The notes under the pieces: model-generated
The model's database searches: none
The model's input: only the letters and a program-made list of their open reading frames with translations
Told to the model about the DNA's origin: nothing
DNA from: Candidatus Saccharimonadota bacterium
Lineage (GTDB): Bacteria > Patescibacteriota > Gracilibacteria > Absconditabacterales > Absconditicoccaceae
Direction: 5' to 3'
Assembly: GCA_000503875.1 (NCBI GenBank)
Contig: CP006913.1
Location: 1-32,000 of the forward strand
DNA length: 32,000 bases
Program-made: the position numbers and the translations under genes
In this document: one piece after another, positions 30,376 through 32,000 of the stretch
Layout of the letters: every line of letters begins with the position of its first letter
How positions within the stretch are numbered: position 1 is the stretch's first letter

Positions 30376-30978
30376 ATGAATAAAGGAGGATTAGTGGTAA
30401 AAAAACAAGAAATGACCAGGGTTTGGGTAGAAGATAAATTTGTCCCAGTAACTATAGTAAAAGTTGTGCCACAAGAAATTGTAAGATATAAAACAGCTGA
30501 AAAAGATGGATATGCCGCAGTAGTTGTTGGTGTAGATAAAAAGGAAAAAGAAGCTAAAAAATGAAAAAAAATAGTTTACAAAGATACTATTGAATTCAAA
30601 ATAGATTCTGATTATGAACAAAATAATCAGGTCGGTAAAGTTTTTGATGTAGATATGGTACAAGGAATTGAATCTGTTGATGTAATGGGAATATCAAAGG
30701 GTAAAGGATTTCAAGGTATGGTAAAAAGATGTAACATAAAAGGAATGCCTGCAACCCATGGTCATAAATTCACAAGAACTTGAGGTTCAAAAGGAAATAG
30801 AAAACCAAGAAGAACACTTAAAGGACATCCACATGCTGGACATATGTGAGTAGATCGCGTTACACTAAAAGATATTAAAATTCTTGATATCGTAAAAGCA
30901 AATGGCGAACAACTTATTGCTCTAAAATGATCATTACCAGGAGCATATAATGGACTATTAAAAATTACACTAAACTAA
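30376..30978 (+). CDS. rplC: 50S ribosomal protein L3 (200 aa)
   Basis: Translation MNKGGLVVKKQEMTRVWVEDKFVPVTIVKV...GISKGKGFQGMVKR...ATHGHKFTRT-GG-SKGNRKPRR...GHMG. Several in-frame TGA codons read as Gly. TAA at 30976-30978. Confidence 0.95.
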
Positions 30979-31019
30979 TTATTACCCCAAATTAATTCTT
31001 AATTCTTAATTTATATAAC

Positions 31020-31649
31020 ATGGTATATTCTGTAGATATATATGATAAAAAATGAAAAGTTGTTTCGACTGTAGATCTTAACGAAGATATTTTTGCAGAC
31101 GGAAATGTAAATGAATCTTTGATTCATGAATATGTTATTTTGCAAGCAAGTAATGCTCGTCATAATATTGCTTGTACAAAATGAAGATGAGAAATCGCAT
31201 GATCTGGAAGAAAAATATTTAAGCAAAAAGGAACAGGAAACGCAAGGGCTGGAGATAGAAATTCCCCAGTAAGAAAATGAGGATGAGTTGCTTTTGGGCC
31301 TAGATGAGAAAGAAATTTTGAAAAGGCTATGAATAAAAAAGCAAGAAGAAATGCATTGATGGGTATTATTACCTTGAAAGCAAAGGATAAAGCTCTTTTG
31401 GGATTAAAAGATTTCGATCTTACTGAGCCAAAAACTAAAGATCTTCTTGATATAGTAAAAAATATTGGAATAGAAGGAAAGAAAGCATTATTTGTCTTGG
31501 GAAGTAAAAATCAAAATATTGAAAAATCCTTGAGAAATATTGCAAATGTAAAATACATTACCGTAGGATATCTCAATCCCTTGGATGTGATGTCTGCTAG
31601 TAAAGTAGTATTCTTTGAAACAGCTTTACAAGCAATTAATTCAAAATAG
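31020..31649 (+). CDS. rplD: 50S ribosomal protein L4 (209 aa)
   Basis: Translation MVYSVDIYDKK-G-KVV...[48 protein letters not shown]. Seven TGAs fall in the first ~100 codons, at positions that are Gly in L4 proteins. Ends with TAG. Confidence 0.95.
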
Positions 31650-31674
31650 TTTATTTGATCTTACGAAAATAAGC

Positions 31675-32000
31675 ATGGTATTCACGCAAAAATTACAACA
31701 AAGAGCTAAAAAGAACGTTGAGAATAAAATAGTAAAAAAATTCTCAATCTATGATGTTATTTTGGCTCCTATAGTAACAGAAAAAACCTACAAATTTCAT
31801 GATACTGCAAACAAATATTGTTTTAAAGTGCACAAAGGTGCTAATAAAAACGATGTAAAAGCAGCTATCCAATATTTGTATAAGGTTACTCCTGAATCTG
31901 TTAACATCGTAAATGTTGTTTCTAAAAACAGAACTCAGAGAGGATTGGTTAGAAAAGCTTACAAAAAAGCTGTAATTACTTTGTCTAAAAAAGACAAAAT
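31675..32000 (+). CDS. rplW: 50S ribosomal protein L23 (3' partial at window end)
   Basis: ATG at 31675. Contains ...YDVILAPIVTEKTYKF...KYCFKVHKGANKNDVKAAIQYLYKV.V.SVNIVNV..K........G..RKAYKKAVITL. It follows rplD in the canonical S10-operon order. Confidence 0.9.
   Translation, partial: MVFTQKLQQRAKKNVENKIVKKFSIYDVILAPIVTEKTYKFHDTANKYCFKVHKGANKNDVKAAIQYLYKVTPESVNIVNVVSKNRTQRGLVRKAYKKAVITLSKKDK

Noticed and set aside
1-32000. All the broken conserved genes could be pseudogenes in a decaying genome read with the standard code.
   Set aside because: The interruptions are exclusively TGA, never TAA or TAG and never frameshifts. They coincide with conserved Gly positions, and the flanking fragments always stay in frame.

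Overview
AT-rich bacterial chromosomal segment (about 30-33% GC in the lines I counted by hand). It only reads sensibly if TGA encodes glycine (translation table 25, as in Absconditabacteria/SR1 and Gracilibacteria of the candidate phyla radiation). The supplied ORF track uses the standard code, so it breaks almost every gene at TGA. I re-joined fragments by checking by eye that no in-frame TAA or TAG lies between them.

This gives 29 gene models, 28 complete. Housekeeping genes: groES, groEL, frr, yidC, der, a long-form tsaC (Sua5 type), lspA, trmD, a tRNA-Ile/Phe/Pro cluster, tuf, rpsJ, rplC, rplD and rplW (3' partial).

Between them lie lineage-specific genes:
- A LysM protein with perfect 36-bp tandem repeats.
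- A PG_binding_1 protein.
- A 1418-aa PKD-repeat surface protein with transmembrane (TM) segments at both ends.
- A tightly packed four-gene operon with no recognisable families (ORFans), including a 1045-aa protein.
- An 868-aa Lys/Glu-rich ORFan.
- An MFS transporter.
- A TrbC/VirB2-like pilin.
- A DUF3127 protein with an SSB-like DDLPF tail.
- A GT-B glycosyltransferase whose two Rossmann halves are in reversed order.

Sigma70-like promoters (TTGACA/TTGAAA/TTGCAA, 16-17 nt spacer, TAnAnT) and hairpin-plus-T-run terminators are recognisable. Shine-Dalgarno motifs are absent. I found no rRNA, CRISPR array or obvious mobile element. Everything was done by eye without searches. Promoter coordinates and family assignments for non-housekeeping genes are provisional.
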